Shown here piece by piece: positions 1 through 10,156 of a stretch of DNA of 64,000 bases. Position 1 is the first letter of the stretch. Every line of letters starts with the position of its first letter. The position numbers and the translations under genes were made by a program. The stretch covers positions 1 to 64,000 of IMG/VR virus record IMGVR_UViG_3300033150_002805. One strand, given 5' to 3'. The notes under the pieces are model-generated. The model saw only the letters and a list, made by a program, of their open reading frames with translations, was not told the DNA's origin and searched no databases. This DNA comes from a virus.

Positions 1-943
1 TGTTTGAGATGCGGACTTCGTCAATAAGTCCGAGAAAAGGATATTGAATTTTATCGCTGTAAATTCCGACCAAGCTGGGGTATGTGCTTTCTTTTACAGC
101 CTCAATGGTCGAAGAATCCATCTTAGTTGCCTGTCCGTTTTTGTATACCTGTGCAACCGTGCCATCCAAAACTATATCGAGTTTTACCCATTCACCATCA
201 TTAAATTTTGGGGTAAGTAGAGCCGCTGTCCCACCGGAACCCCTGATATAGAGCCTTCCATCTATAAAAACAAGATACATCCCAGCGTCGCTATTCCAGT
301 ACTGTTTATCTATGAATAGAACAAGTGTTCCAGAACTTGAGAAGTTAAACCAGCAAGAAAAGGTTACTGGGTCAATACACATTCCTGGGGGGTATTCAAT
401 CCAGTCATTCACCCCATCAAAATCTTGTGCATCATCTATCTTTCCGTCCGCCTCTATCGGCTCATTCGCCGCAAGTTTTGTTCCATCATTAGCGTTTACG
501 GTGCTATCCCTGACATGTGAAGCATCAGGGTCATCTCTCATATGTTGAACCATTTTGTAATTGCTATCCCAGACATTCTGTCCTAGTGTGCTTCCGACAT
601 CTCCTACATAATCAGTATTATCAGGTGCTGTATTATCATAATAAAGATAATAAATTGTGTCCGCTGAACTGGATAAAACATCTCCATCTCTTCCTGCGTG
701 TAAAACTCCCACCTTATTTACGCTATCCCATTGCTCTATTTCTACATATAACTGAGTTGTGCCATCTGATTTAGTAACAGCTATTTTATATTTATTATCT
801 CCTAATTCATCAAAAACTTTCTGGGTATCCCCATTGCCATTTTTAAGGAAAAATGTTAAAGGAAAGTGAGATAAATCACTATCAATTAAAGTATGGTCTG
901 CGGTTATTTTTATTCTTTTTTGATATCCTGTTAGCCACGCCAT
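1..943 (-). CDS. DUF2341 + LamG/concanavalin-like virion protein (runs off the left edge; missing from the ORF track)
   Basis: Manual translation from ATG at 943: MAWLTGYQKRIKITADHTLIDSDLSHFPL...LYVEIEQWD...YYLYYDN...VWDSNYKMVQHM...DST.NANDG...AQDFDGVNDWI...TFSCWF...FLGLIDEVRISN; frame open to position 1. Confidence 0.85.
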   Translation of the reverse strand, partial: MAWLTGYQKRIKITADHTLIDSDLSHFPLTFFLKNGNGDTQKVFDELGDNKYKIAVTKSDGTTQLYVEIEQWDSVNKVGVLHAGRDGDVLSSSADTIYYLYYDNTAPDNTDYVGDVGSTLGQNVWDSNYKMVQHMRDDPDASHVRDSTVNANDGTKLAANEPIEADGKIDDAQDFDGVNDWIEYPPGMCIDPVTFSCWFNFSSSGTLVLFIDKQYWNSDAGMYLVFIDGRLYIRGSGGTAALLTPKFNDGEWVKLDIVLDGTVAQVYKNGQATKMDSSTIEAVKESTYPSLVGIYSDKIQYPFLGLIDEVRISN

Positions 944-1034
944 AATTATAGATAAGTTAATTAATAACTAGTTGTTTATTTCTCGAACATTGAACCAAAT
1001 TCACTAATAAAAAATGGACTCACTAGAGCCCAAC

Positions 1035-1085
1035 AAAAAAGATTCTCCTTTCTTCCTGGTTCTCCAGGAATAAGAATCTCTTTTT
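1035..1085. terminator. Hairpin flanked by A and T tracts, possible terminator
   Basis: AGATTCT/AGAATCT outer stem, TTCCTGG/CCAGGAA inner stem. Confidence 0.4.
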
Positions 1086-1090
1086 CTTTA

Positions 1091-1204
1091 TTAAAATATC
1101 AAGCTGGTTGCTGGGCAAGAGACGAAAGAGATTCCCATAAAGAGAACGCCTCCTACCCACGTGGATAAATCTCATGCCCAGCAACCAACTTAATATTATT
1201 TTAA
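1091..1204 (-). ncRNA. Intergenic structured element with ~30-bp imperfect closing stem
   Basis: AAGCTGGTTGCTGGGCAAGAGA pairs with TCTCATGCCCAGCAACCAACTT; GC-rich relative to surroundings. Confidence 0.45.
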
Positions 1205-1222
1205 TTCAAATTATCTATTGGG

Positions 1223-2164
1223 TCAATTATTTAATTTTTCTTCAAGCCAGGGTATTCTCACAAATTTTCTCAAATCAAGTTTGCATAAATAAGAGTATTT
1301 AATAAACTCTTTCAACATTATTTTTCTTGAGTTTAAGACTTTCTCTCTGTGTTTTTCAGTAAATCCTTCATTTTTGATATAACCATCCATAACTTTCATC
1401 AAATCTTTCACATAATCTTCTGACCAAAACTTCCCATGGTTCATTATCATTCCTTCTTCGGTTCCACTCAATATCAAATTTCCCTTCCTCATCATTCCAG
1501 TTTCAATTTTCATGGAAAAATGATGAATATTTGTAAGGCGATAGCTTGGCAATACTATCATTTTCTTATCTTTACCCATTTTTATTCCTAGAATATTCAA
1601 AAGCAAGAAATCATCAAAACTATCAATTCTTCTTGCATTATATAAAGCATCAAACCAATCCAAATCTTGAGGACTTAACCAAATCGGAGCAGTGGTATGA
1701 ATCTTGGGATAGAGGTATTCTTTTGAACCCAGGTTCACTCCATAATGTTTTTGGTATTCTTCATTAAAATTTATAATCATGTTATTTGCAGCAGTCACTA
1801 TAAAACCTTTACTTGCTACTCTAAATAGCAGATTAGCCTCATCTGACATGAAATACATGTCAGCATCAAGAATCAAAATTGCTTCATAATTTTTACCTTC
1901 TGAAACTGCCAATGCAAAACGCTCAATCGCTGTATCTTTTACTTGATCATTTCCTTCACTCTTAACTACTTTTATATTAAAATTGAAAGTTTCTTTAATT
2001 TTCTTCAGATAATCTTCGGGCAAACGGAAAGAAAGTAACAGAACATCAGCATCAATTTTCCAATAATCCATTGAATTTAATATTGCATTAATTCCTGGTA
2101 AATAATTGAGAGAACCAGCTACAACTAATAAATTTTTTGATTTCATGATAATTTTGAAAGCCAA
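1223..2164 (-). CDS. GT-A fold glycosyltransferase, GT8-like
   Basis: ILILDADMY DxD motif and C-terminal NHGKFW; paralog of 2932..3798. Confidence 0.7.
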   Translation of the reverse strand: MAFKIIMKSKNLLVVAGSLNYLPGINAILNSMDYWKIDADVLLLSFRLPEDYLKKIKETFNFNIKVVKSEGNDQVKDTAIERFALAVSEGKNYEAILILDADMYFMSDEANLLFRVASKGFIVTAANNMIINFNEEYQKHYGVNLGSKEYLYPKIHTTAPIWLSPQDLDWFDALYNARRIDSFDDFLLLNILGIKMGKDKKMIVLPSYRLTNIHHFSMKIETGMMRKGNLILSGTEEGMIMNHGKFWSEDYVKDLMKVMDGYIKNEGFTEKHREKVLNSRKIMLKEFIKYSYLCKLDLRKFVRIPWLEEKLNN

Positions 2165-2928
2165 TTTTTTATCATACTATCTTTATATTCCAAAATATTG
2201 ATTCGTTGAATACTATGCTTCTCTACAAAATCTTGTTTTACATAATCAGTTAACTTAAAATCTTTTTCTAAAATAAAAGAATGATTTGGCATAACTGAAA
2301 GAGCAGTCATGGCAGGTCCACTTAATACTCCTACAAATGCAAAAGAATGTTGAACTAAACCAATTAAATTTGCCAAATTAGCTTTACAATCTCTAACATC
2401 TCTATTTATAAAATCATATTTTTTATTAACAGGATTTGCAAAACCATGAAGCCAATGGGTTTCAAAAGGAACTAATCCAAATTCCAGAATTTCATTCCAA
2501 ATTTTTTTAGCTATCTCAGGAGAACAATTAATTTGATTTGGTAAAGCAGTAGCTTGAAAATGAACTAAAACTATCGGACTTTTTCTCTTAGGTAATTCAA
2601 TGACTCCACTAACGGGTGGAATACCAAGTTCATTGATACAACAATTTTCTACTTTGGTGAGTCCACTCCCTTCACTCATAGGAAAATTAGGTGAAAATAC
2701 CAAATCATACTTTTCTTCTTCTATTTTATTCACACTAGGGAATATTTTATCTTGATCATTTTCAAGATATAATGAAAATTCAACTTTTGGATAAAGTCGT
2801 TTTAACTCATTAAAAGCGACCATAAAAGTGAGTAAATCTCCCCATCCACAATGATAAAGAATCAATACCTTTTGTCCTGGTTTGAGATATTCAGCTATTT
2901 TTTTCTTTTCAAAATTATCTATTCTCAT
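2143..2928 (-). CDS. GT-B glycosyltransferase, GT9 (heptosyltransferase)-like
   Basis: GWGDLL N-terminal motif and FVGVLSGPAMTA (cf. GT9 xxGxDSGxxHxA). Confidence 0.65.
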   Translation of the reverse strand: MRIDNFEKKKIAEYLKPGQKVLILYHCGWGDLLTFMVAFNELKRLYPKVEFSLYLENDQDKIFPSVNKIEEEKYDLVFSPNFPMSEGSGLTKVENCCINELGIPPVSGVIELPKRKSPIVLVHFQATALPNQINCSPEIAKKIWNEILEFGLVPFETHWLHGFANPVNKKYDFINRDVRDCKANLANLIGLVQHSFAFVGVLSGPAMTALSVMPNHSFILEKDFKLTDYVKQDFVEKHSIQRINILEYKDSMIKNWLSKLS

Positions 2929-2931
2929 AAT

Positions 2932-3798
2932 CTAAGAAGGAAAATCCAAATTAACTTTCCATTGAGTATTAAATTTTTTATATTGCTCAAAAAATAATCT
3001 TATATTCTTTCTCCCAAAATCTATCAAATTGCTTTCTTTAATTTCTTCGGCTTTTTGATAATTTTTTGAAATCCACCATTTTCCATGAAACATATTCATT
3101 CGTTCATTCGCACAATATAGATAATTTCCTTTTTTCTCAATTAAATCATGATACCACCAAGTTTGAATCCATAAAGCATTCGGTAATCTAAACAAATTTC
3201 CCAAAAGTTTCTCCCAGTATAAGGTTCTAAATAAAGTACTCATGTCTCCCAAATCTCCCGAAATGCCATTTTCCCAAATTTTCTCTAAGAATTTTTGATA
3301 CCTTTTTCCATCGATAAAAATTGGCATACAATGAACAGGTGGAGAAGCAGCTCCACGAACTCCTTCAATTCCGTTTTTTTGGATATGTTCTAAACTGTAT
3401 CCAATTGGATTATTTACAACGATAATATATCCAGTATCCTTAGCTATTTTGAAATATTGCATAATATTATTCATGCAAACCATATCTGCATCTACTATTA
3501 ATAAAACATCATACTTCGATGCAATTTCCGTAGCAAATTTCCATCTAAAAAATCTGGCTTTCCAACCTTTAACATTTTTATTAGAAGGAATATCATAATT
3601 TAGTTGATTAATTCTTACATCAATGACTGGAAAATCAAATGCTCTAACTTTCTCGATATAATCTGGTTCAAAATCATTAATTAAATAGTAATCCAGTTCT
3701 TTATTTCCATAATAATCTAAACTATTAAGAAAAGCATTAGCACCGAATTTAAAATCACCTGTTGCTGTCATTATTACTGCATATTTGTTTTTTACCAT
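2932..3798 (-). CDS. GT-A fold glycosyltransferase, GT8-like
   Basis: LLIVDADMV, GDM, FHGKWW motifs. Confidence 0.7.
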   Translation of the reverse strand: MVKNKYAVIMTATGDFKFGANAFLNSLDYYGNKELDYYLINDFEPDYIEKVRAFDFPVIDVRINQLNYDIPSNKNVKGWKARFFRWKFATEIASKYDVLLIVDADMVCMNNIMQYFKIAKDTGYIIVVNNPIGYSLEHIQKNGIEGVRGAASPPVHCMPIFIDGKRYQKFLEKIWENGISGDLGDMSTLFRTLYWEKLLGNLFRLPNALWIQTWWYHDLIEKKGNYLYCANERMNMFHGKWWISKNYQKAEEIKESNLIDFGRKNIRLFFEQYKKFNTQWKVNLDFPS

Positions 3799-4586
3799 AT
3801 TCCAAAATTTCTTAATATTAATTTTTTTTCTTTTTCATTTATAAGTTTATTTCTGAAAGATATTTTCCATCTTGTTGCGATATTTTTTCCATGAATAGTA
3901 ACCAAATATTTTCTTCCCTCTAATTTTATCGCATCAAAGATTCTCGGAACATCATGATGAACTTTTAATCTGTCAGTCATATCAGAAAAATATCTACTGA
4001 AGTTGAAAAAATTTTTAGCTTCAAAAAGAATTGTATAGAATGGAGGACAAGTCGGAGGATCCCAATAACATAGTTCTTGGGTTTCGGTATTTAAAACATA
4101 ACCTTGAGAAAACCATAATGCCCGATTTTTTTTATAATCGTAACTTTGAATCTCCTTCACAGCATCCTTATAAAATAAGTCATCTGAATCTAAAACTGTA
4201 AAATAAACGAACTCTTCATCTTTATAAAAACTCTTAATTACTTTTAGAGATTGCTTAATTCTTTCAACCATTCCTTGATTATCACTGTGTGGTTCCCAAA
4301 TTGGTTGTCCATAAAAAGTAAATGCAAAATTATAATTAAGTTTCTTAAGATACTCATATAAATTCTCAACTGCTAGATTTTTCTCTTCTTCTGGTCTCCA
4401 AGAAATCCAATGTAAAAAATTCCTGTTCGTCTGAGCCAACAAACTTTTCAAAGTATATTCTTTAAATATCTTGATTCTAAATTCTAACCATTCTTGACTT
4501 GGACAACCTTGTCTTCTACCTGTAAAAACTGTTTGAATGATATGTAAAACTGATTTAGTCATCTTAGTGATATAGAACTTTTTCAT
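3792..4586 (-). CDS. GT-A glycosyltransferase (putative rhamnosyl-transferase-like family)
   Basis: WLEFRIKIFKEYTLKSLLAQTNRNF, LDSDD, IHGKN motifs. Confidence 0.65.
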   Translation of the reverse strand: MKKFYITKMTKSVLHIIQTVFTGRRQGCPSQEWLEFRIKIFKEYTLKSLLAQTNRNFLHWISWRPEEEKNLAVENLYEYLKKLNYNFAFTFYGQPIWEPHSDNQGMVERIKQSLKVIKSFYKDEEFVYFTVLDSDDLFYKDAVKEIQSYDYKKNRALWFSQGYVLNTETQELCYWDPPTCPPFYTILFEAKNFFNFSRYFSDMTDRLKVHHDVPRIFDAIKLEGRKYLVTIHGKNIATRWKISFRNKLINEKEKKLILRNFGIW

Positions 4587-5746
4587 TTTAATTGAAAGTA
4601 AGGTTGAATTGCTTTTGGTTCATAGTCCTTAAACCAAGTCCAAGCTTTCTCTGTTAAGTATATCTCTTTTATTTTTCTATATAAATCCAAATTTATTTTC
4701 TCCATTTTTCTTTTTTTGGAAGTTATAGGAGTAATACCATCAAAGGCAAAAACTGGCACTTTAGCTAATTCTATGATTACATTATTGACCTGAATATGTT
4801 CAGGGTGAACATATTCCCCCCAAGGATTATGAGTATAAATACAATCATAAGGCAGAATTTTTTCTTTCAATTTTGCAATTAATTTCTCATAATTTTCAAC
4901 ATGAGCTTCTATGTTTCTGATATCTCGTTTATAACCTGATTCAGTCAAATTAAGACATTCAATTTTCTCTTTTAAGGGATGTCTCTCAAGCACTCTTTTT
5001 CTACCTTCGGAAACTTGAAGATTATCCTTTCTTTTCAGAAAAGCGATTATTATTTTATTAAAATCTTGTGGATTAAACCATAAAATTTCATCATCTGGAT
5101 GTGCAACTACTAAAAGTTTTGATTCTTTTTTTCTACATAAAGCTAAAACCGTACCTCCCAAACCATAATCTTTCCAATTCTCAATATCATTATATTTTAT
5201 AATTCTAACAAAAAAATTATTTTTTTTGAATCTTTCGAAGTAATCTAAACTATATTTGACCCAACGATCACTCCAATTCTTTTCCATCAATCTAGTTTTC
5301 TCAGAAATAATTGGAACTAAAAATAAAATTCCATTGGGCTTCAAAATTCTAAAAAGTTCTTTTATCGCCAATTCATTTTTTTCTCTAATTTGATCTATTA
5401 TACAACTACAAATTATAATGTCAAAACTTTCATTCTTAAAAGAAGTTTTTCTTAAATCCATTTTTAAATCAGCTTTAGTAAAAGCATTAGTTTCTTGTAG
5501 TAAAAAATCAATGGAAATATATTCAAAATCATTTTGAAATCTTTCTTTCAAACATTTCATTGGTGAACAATGAAGCAATTTTCCTTTTTTAAATTCTTTA
5601 AATATTTCAGAATAAATCAACCAAATCAACCTATGTCTATTGCTTGATAAACATTTTGGGCATTTCCAATCATCGTCTGGATACCACTCTCCCTTTTTCT
5701 TAAATAGATTGAAATTTCCTTCAAAATGACAAATTGGACAATACAT
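4583..5746 (-). CDS. SAM-dependent methyltransferase fused to PIG-L/LmbE-like deacetylase
   Basis: CPIC..CPKC Zn motif, FDIIICS..ELFRILKPNG; then VVAHPDDE and THNPWGEYVHPEH. Confidence 0.75.
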   Translation of the reverse strand: MYCPICHFEGNFNLFKKKGEWYPDDDWKCPKCLSSNRHRLIWLIYSEIFKEFKKGKLLHCSPMKCLKERFQNDFEYISIDFLLQETNAFTKADLKMDLRKTSFKNESFDIIICSCIIDQIREKNELAIKELFRILKPNGILFLVPIISEKTRLMEKNWSDRWVKYSLDYFERFKKNNFFVRIIKYNDIENWKDYGLGGTVLALCRKKESKLLVVAHPDDEILWFNPQDFNKIIIAFLKRKDNLQVSEGRKRVLERHPLKEKIECLNLTESGYKRDIRNIEAHVENYEKLIAKLKEKILPYDCIYTHNPWGEYVHPEHIQVNNVIIELAKVPVFAFDGITPITSKKRKMEKINLDLYRKIKEIYLTEKAWTWFKDYEPKAIQPYFQLK

Positions 5747-7498
5747 TTAAACAGAAGGGATTTCTCCCTCAAATAAGTTTTTAGCATGGGTAAAATCTTC
5801 CAAAGTATTGATATTGATATATTTATATTTTTTTTCTTTCTTTTTCAATTCTGGAGGTACCATTTCCCAAAACTCATTCATTAATTGAACTCCCCTCAAG
5901 TACATAGCAACTGCTTTTGATTCGATCCCATCTCCTTTAATATGAAATGGTTGCAGACAAGAAAAATGGATGGCTTCAATAAATTTTACTCGAAGATACC
6001 AATTGATATCAACTTTGAAAAATTGTTCAAGTATAACAGGAAAACGTTTATTAATTGTTTGAAATTCCTCTTTCGCTAAACAATCATTTACAAAGAATTC
6101 AGCCTTTATAACTCTATTCTTTTCTTTCCATCTTAATTTGAAAATGTATTCATAGATGAAATCATAAAGCCCATTGAAATCATGAAAGAGTTTAGCAATA
6201 TCATACATAGGGTCTCCTATTGAGAAACCTTTGGGATCAACCAACATAAAATCAGGAGGTGATGATTTCAAATCGACCAAAATATTATCAAAGTGTGGAT
6301 CTCCATGAATCATGCTCAGATAAGGAGGTTGAAGATTAGCCAACAATTTGGTTTTATCTTTTATTCTTTCAAGAATAGGGAAAATATTCTCATATTCTTT
6401 TCCATTTATTATAATTTTTTTGGCTTCGAACAATTTTTTAAAGATCGGAGCTTTTTTCATACTCAATTTCTTTCTTTCATCTACTCTAAAAAAATGGACT
6501 GAATGTATATAAGAAATGGGTGTTAACTCTCGTTTAAGTGTATAAACTTCTTCTACTAAAAATTTAACAACTCGGGAAAGAATATCTATAGCATCAGTCG
6601 CAGAAAATCGTCCACTCAAAATCAATTTTTTCAATGATAACTGATCGTAATGAGGCATAGTATACCAAACTGGTTTTGATTTTATATCATACTCTAAAAT
6701 TTTAGGAAAATGCAATTTTACTCTTTCGGGCAAACTACGAAGATAACTAATCTCATTAATTAGACGTTTTGGATCATCCCAACTCTCTTTCTTGATTACT
6801 TCATCATTTTTGGTTATTGAAATTCTTGAAAAAGAACCGCCATCCATCATTAAATCTCCTGTTTTCTTTCTAATCATTTTTCTTTCTACATTCAAAACAT
6901 ATAGAGTCCTATTTCTAGAAAATTCATTAAGGAGCACATGCATTTCTGTATTCCTAAAAGTTTCTCTATTAGCCAAATTTTTATAATATTCAAAATCATC
7001 TGCTGAAATTTTGGTAATTCCACTATGAATCTGCCAAGGAAAGGTAGGCGAAATATAACGACCTATTTCCATCACGATATTATCTTCGACCTCAATTCGG
7101 CTACCAGCTTCAAGTTTGGATAAAGCTGTATAACTGACTATCAAAGATTTTTTGGAACAATTCAAAACCTCTTTTATCACACCCTCTTCAAATATAATAT
7201 CTGCATCTAAAATCAAAACTGGACCAGATTCAATTTTTTCAAGAGCTAATCTAAGCGAATAGGGAGTTTGAGTTGTAGCATAATCATAGTTAACGATTAC
7301 ATTATCAAACATACTTTCTATCTTTTCATGGAAATATCCAGCAACAATAATAATATCTTTCAAACCCAAATTTTTCAATTTTTGAATTGAATGTTCTAAT
7401 ATTGTGGAATTTCCAAGTGGTATTAAGCACTTAGGTATCTTTTTTGTAAGAGAACCCATTCGAGTTCCCATGCCTGCGGCTAAAATTATGACTTTCAT
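5747..7498 (-). CDS. LicC-like nucleotidyltransferase with inserted choline/aminoglycoside-kinase-like domain
   Basis: MKVIILAAGMGTRMGSLTKKIPKCL; IHGDPHFDNIL, LVDPKG, YDIAKL; NTase C-terminal ININTLEDFTHAK resumes after the kinase. Confidence 0.75.
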   Translation of the reverse strand: MKVIILAAGMGTRMGSLTKKIPKCLIPLGNSTILEHSIQKLKNLGLKDIIIVAGYFHEKIESMFDNVIVNYDYATTQTPYSLRLALEKIESGPVLILDADIIFEEGVIKEVLNCSKKSLIVSYTALSKLEAGSRIEVEDNIVMEIGRYISPTFPWQIHSGITKISADDFEYYKNLANRETFRNTEMHVLLNEFSRNRTLYVLNVERKMIRKKTGDLMMDGGSFSRISITKNDEVIKKESWDDPKRLINEISYLRSLPERVKLHFPKILEYDIKSKPVWYTMPHYDQLSLKKLILSGRFSATDAIDILSRVVKFLVEEVYTLKRELTPISYIHSVHFFRVDERKKLSMKKAPIFKKLFEAKKIIINGKEYENIFPILERIKDKTKLLANLQPPYLSMIHGDPHFDNILVDLKSSPPDFMLVDPKGFSIGDPMYDIAKLFHDFNGLYDFIYEYIFKLRWKEKNRVIKAEFFVNDCLAKEEFQTINKRFPVILEQFFKVDINWYLRVKFIEAIHFSCLQPFHIKGDGIESKAVAMYLRGVQLMNEFWEMVPPELKKKEKKYKYININTLEDFTHAKNLFEGEIPSV

Positions 7499-8348
7499 GA
7501 TTATCCATTTGTTTTTTCATAATTTTAAGTCCTTGTTCTATTTCATTTATATGAATATTTTTTAAAGAATTTTTCATTTTTGGATTTAAAGGTCTGTTCT
7601 TCAATTCTTGTTTTATCGGGATAATTTTAGTTTTTGGTAATTCAAATATTTTTATTATTTGTTTCGCCCAATTGAATTTGGTTATCGGAATTTGACTGCT
7701 CAAATGAAAACATCCATTTCTCTTTTCTTTAATAAGAAAATGAATAACTTTGGCAACATCATCAATTAAGACTGGATATCGTAGATGAACATTATTGAGT
7801 TCTAAAATTTCACCCTTCCTTGACTTTTTTATTACTTCTGTCACAAAAGTTATTTTGTCATCTTTATTATTAAACCCATAAAGTTTAGGAAGTCTGATTA
7901 TCAACCAGTCCTTGAGTTTTTTTACCTCACTTTCGCCAATTGCTTTAGTTTTACCATAGAAATTCAAAGGTTGAACTGAATCAGTTTCATCATATCCAGT
8001 AGATTTACTTCCTTCAAATACATAATTAGAAGAAATAAAAATCAATTTTTTTTCATATTTGGCACAAACTTTGACTATATTTTCTGTTCCAACAACATTA
8101 ACATTCCAAGCAAGTATTTTATCTTTTTCACATAAATCTGGATCTGCAATTCCAGCAACATGAATCAGAATATCTGGTTGAAAACCTTTGATTAGCTTTT
8201 CAATCGAATCTTTCTTAAGAATGTCAAGATACTGAAATTCTGGTATTTTTTTAATAAATTGGGTTCCAATCACATCATAATAGTCAGAAAGAACTTGATA
8301 TATTTTTAAACCCAAAAAACTATCTGCACCGATAACTAAAATTTTCAT
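7431..8348 (-). CDS. rmlD: dTDP-4-dehydrorhamnose reductase-like SDR
   Basis: MKILVIGADSFLG, ISSNYVFEG, PLNFYGKTKAIGE; start trimmed to ATG at 8348. Confidence 0.75.
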   Translation of the reverse strand: MKILVIGADSFLGLKIYQVLSDYYDVIGTQFIKKIPEFQYLDILKKDSIEKLIKGFQPDILIHVAGIADPDLCEKDKILAWNVNVVGTENIVKVCAKYEKKLIFISSNYVFEGSKSTGYDETDSVQPLNFYGKTKAIGESEVKKLKDWLIIRLPKLYGFNNKDDKITFVTEVIKKSRKGEILELNNVHLRYPVLIDDVAKVIHFLIKEKRNGCFHLSSQIPITKFNWAKQIIKIFELPKTKIIPIKQELKNRPLNPKMKNSLKNIHINEIEQGLKIMKKQMDNHESHNFSRRHGNSNGFSYKKDT

Positions 8349-8349
8349 A

Positions 8350-9477
8350 TTAAGAAAGAGGATTCCAATCTCCCCTGATACTTGGCATTTCCCACCACTT
8401 GAAATCTTTCTGATGAACTGGAATTCTCCAGTTCTTTCCATACCGAGATTTCAAATAATCCTCTATATCAGAAGGAAGATTGAATTTCTCTCCTTTAAAT
8501 TCAAACTCTAAAAATTTTTCATAATGTCTTTTAGAAACTACCGAAGCAAAGAAACCTTTCTTACCTGTCTTATAGGTAGGATCTTGTCCAAAATTAAAAG
8601 CTTCATCTCCAAACTTATCCAAAACACAAACATCTATATGGTTGTCATTTCGACCAATTTTACAACCTTGAAGTTTATTTGGAAGAAAATCTCGCCAAAC
8701 TTTTAAGATTTTGAAACCTTTTTTTTCAGCTTCTGGCCATATCTTGGGAATTTCTTCAGCATATTCCCTAGAAACTCCAACATCTATATCGTTTTCATCT
8801 CCTGGACAAAAATCATTATCTCTATATACACCCAAAGCCGTCCCATCTATCAAAACAAAAGGAATATTTAATTTTTCCATTATCCTCTTAAAGTCAAGCA
8901 AATTCTGAAAAGCTTGTTCTTTTTTCTTAATATTTTCGTTTTCATAAATGATAACTTTTTGTTTTCTTATGTGAATAATTTGGGGACTACCTGGAAAATC
9001 ATTATCTTCTAAAAGACAAAGATGTTTTTCATATTCATTCCCCATTACAGCTCTTCCCTGATCAAAATAATTAGGTGTGGATATTATAACCCAATGAGAT
9101 TTTTTTCTTGCTATTTCAAGAACTCTTAAGGCTTCTTCTTTTTCTAAATGTTCCAATACGTCTCCAAAGATAATCAAATCATAAGTTTCCATCTTTGAAA
9201 GCAATTTTTTGACATCTCCTATAAAGATTTTGTTATAAATCATTCTTTGCAACTCCGTTATGTTATCTTCACAGATTTCAATTCCATCAATTATGATTTC
9301 ATTTCTCCAGTTCTTATATTCTTGTCGACTTAAATCTTCTTTCCAAATAAATCCATACTCTCTTGATAAAAAACCCCAAAGTCCAAAACCTACTCCAACA
9401 TCTAAAATTCTCTTCGGACTAAGTTTCGAAAGCCACTTACAAATAATTGGAATTATATCTGGTTTAGCTACTGGCAT
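8350..9477 (-). CDS. SAM methyltransferase fused to LicD-family phosphotransferase
   Basis: ILDVGVGFG, DVLEHL; GTALGVYRDNDF..DENDIDVG and YLKSRYGKNWRIP. Confidence 0.8.
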   Translation of the reverse strand: MPVAKPDIIPIICKWLSKLSPKRILDVGVGFGLWGFLSREYGFIWKEDLSRQEYKNWRNEIIIDGIEICEDNITELQRMIYNKIFIGDVKKLLSKMETYDLIIFGDVLEHLEKEEALRVLEIARKKSHWVIISTPNYFDQGRAVMGNEYEKHLCLLEDNDFPGSPQIIHIRKQKVIIYENENIKKKEQAFQNLLDFKRIMEKLNIPFVLIDGTALGVYRDNDFCPGDENDIDVGVSREYAEEIPKIWPEAEKKGFKILKVWRDFLPNKLQGCKIGRNDNHIDVCVLDKFGDEAFNFGQDPTYKTGKKGFFASVVSKRHYEKFLEFEFKGEKFNLPSDIEDYLKSRYGKNWRIPVHQKDFKWWEMPSIRGDWNPLS

Positions 9478-10156
9478 TGTTTGAATCTATTAATAATCGC
9501 CAACCTTTATTTCGAAGAAATAGAAATGCTTTCTCTTTATAATCGATAATACCATAATATTGATCCTTTTTATCAGCTTCTATACTACATTTCTTTTCTA
9601 TAGCGAATAATCTCATTTTATATTTCATTCTCGCCAAATAACATAAATATAAATCTTCAGCTCTTCTCAAATTTTCTGGGATATTTTGCAAAACAGGTTC
9701 TTCATCAAAAATTTTTCTATCGATTATCATTCCTCCTGTTCCAATATAATCAACTTCAGTTCCATATGGTAATCTCTTTAGTGAAATCCAATAACTCTCT
9801 TTAATAAAAATCTTAGTCCACCAACCTAATATGCAATTAGAACCAAATTTCTTGAATTGCTGAAAATTATATTCAACAAAATCTGGTTCTATATTTTCAT
9901 CATCATCAAGAAAGATAATTGGATTCCCATTAGTCTTCGGAACTAGTTTAAACCTAGCCATTGAACCAAGGTTCGTCTCGGAATTTATAACATGAATCCT
10001 ATCACTTGGAAAATTATCAATTTCTAACTCTTTTTCACTATTATTCCAAAAGTTCAGTCTAAAATCTTGAAATGTTTGTTTCTTAAACTGTTCTAACATT
10101 CTGGGAACCCTATAAGGTCTCTGAAATACTGGAATACAAATTTCAATCATTTTCAC
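9464..10156 (-). CDS. GT2-family glycosyltransferase
   Basis: ICIPVFQR, FLDDDE, AEDLYL. Confidence 0.75.
   Translation of the reverse strand: MKMIEICIPVFQRPYRVPRMLEQFKKQTFQDFRLNFWNNSEKELEIDNFPSDRIHVINSETNLGSMARFKLVPKTNGNPIIFLDDDENIEPDFVEYNFQQFKKFGSNCILGWWTKIFIKESYWISLKRLPYGTEVDYIGTGGMIIDRKIFDEEPVLQNIPENLRRAEDLYLCYLARMKYKMRLFAIEKKCSIEADKKDQYYGIIDYKEKAFLFLRNKGWRLLIDSNNASS

Noticed and set aside
312-774. Two plus-strand ORFs
   Set aside because: Antisense to the DUF2341/LamG gene that the track missed because it runs off the window
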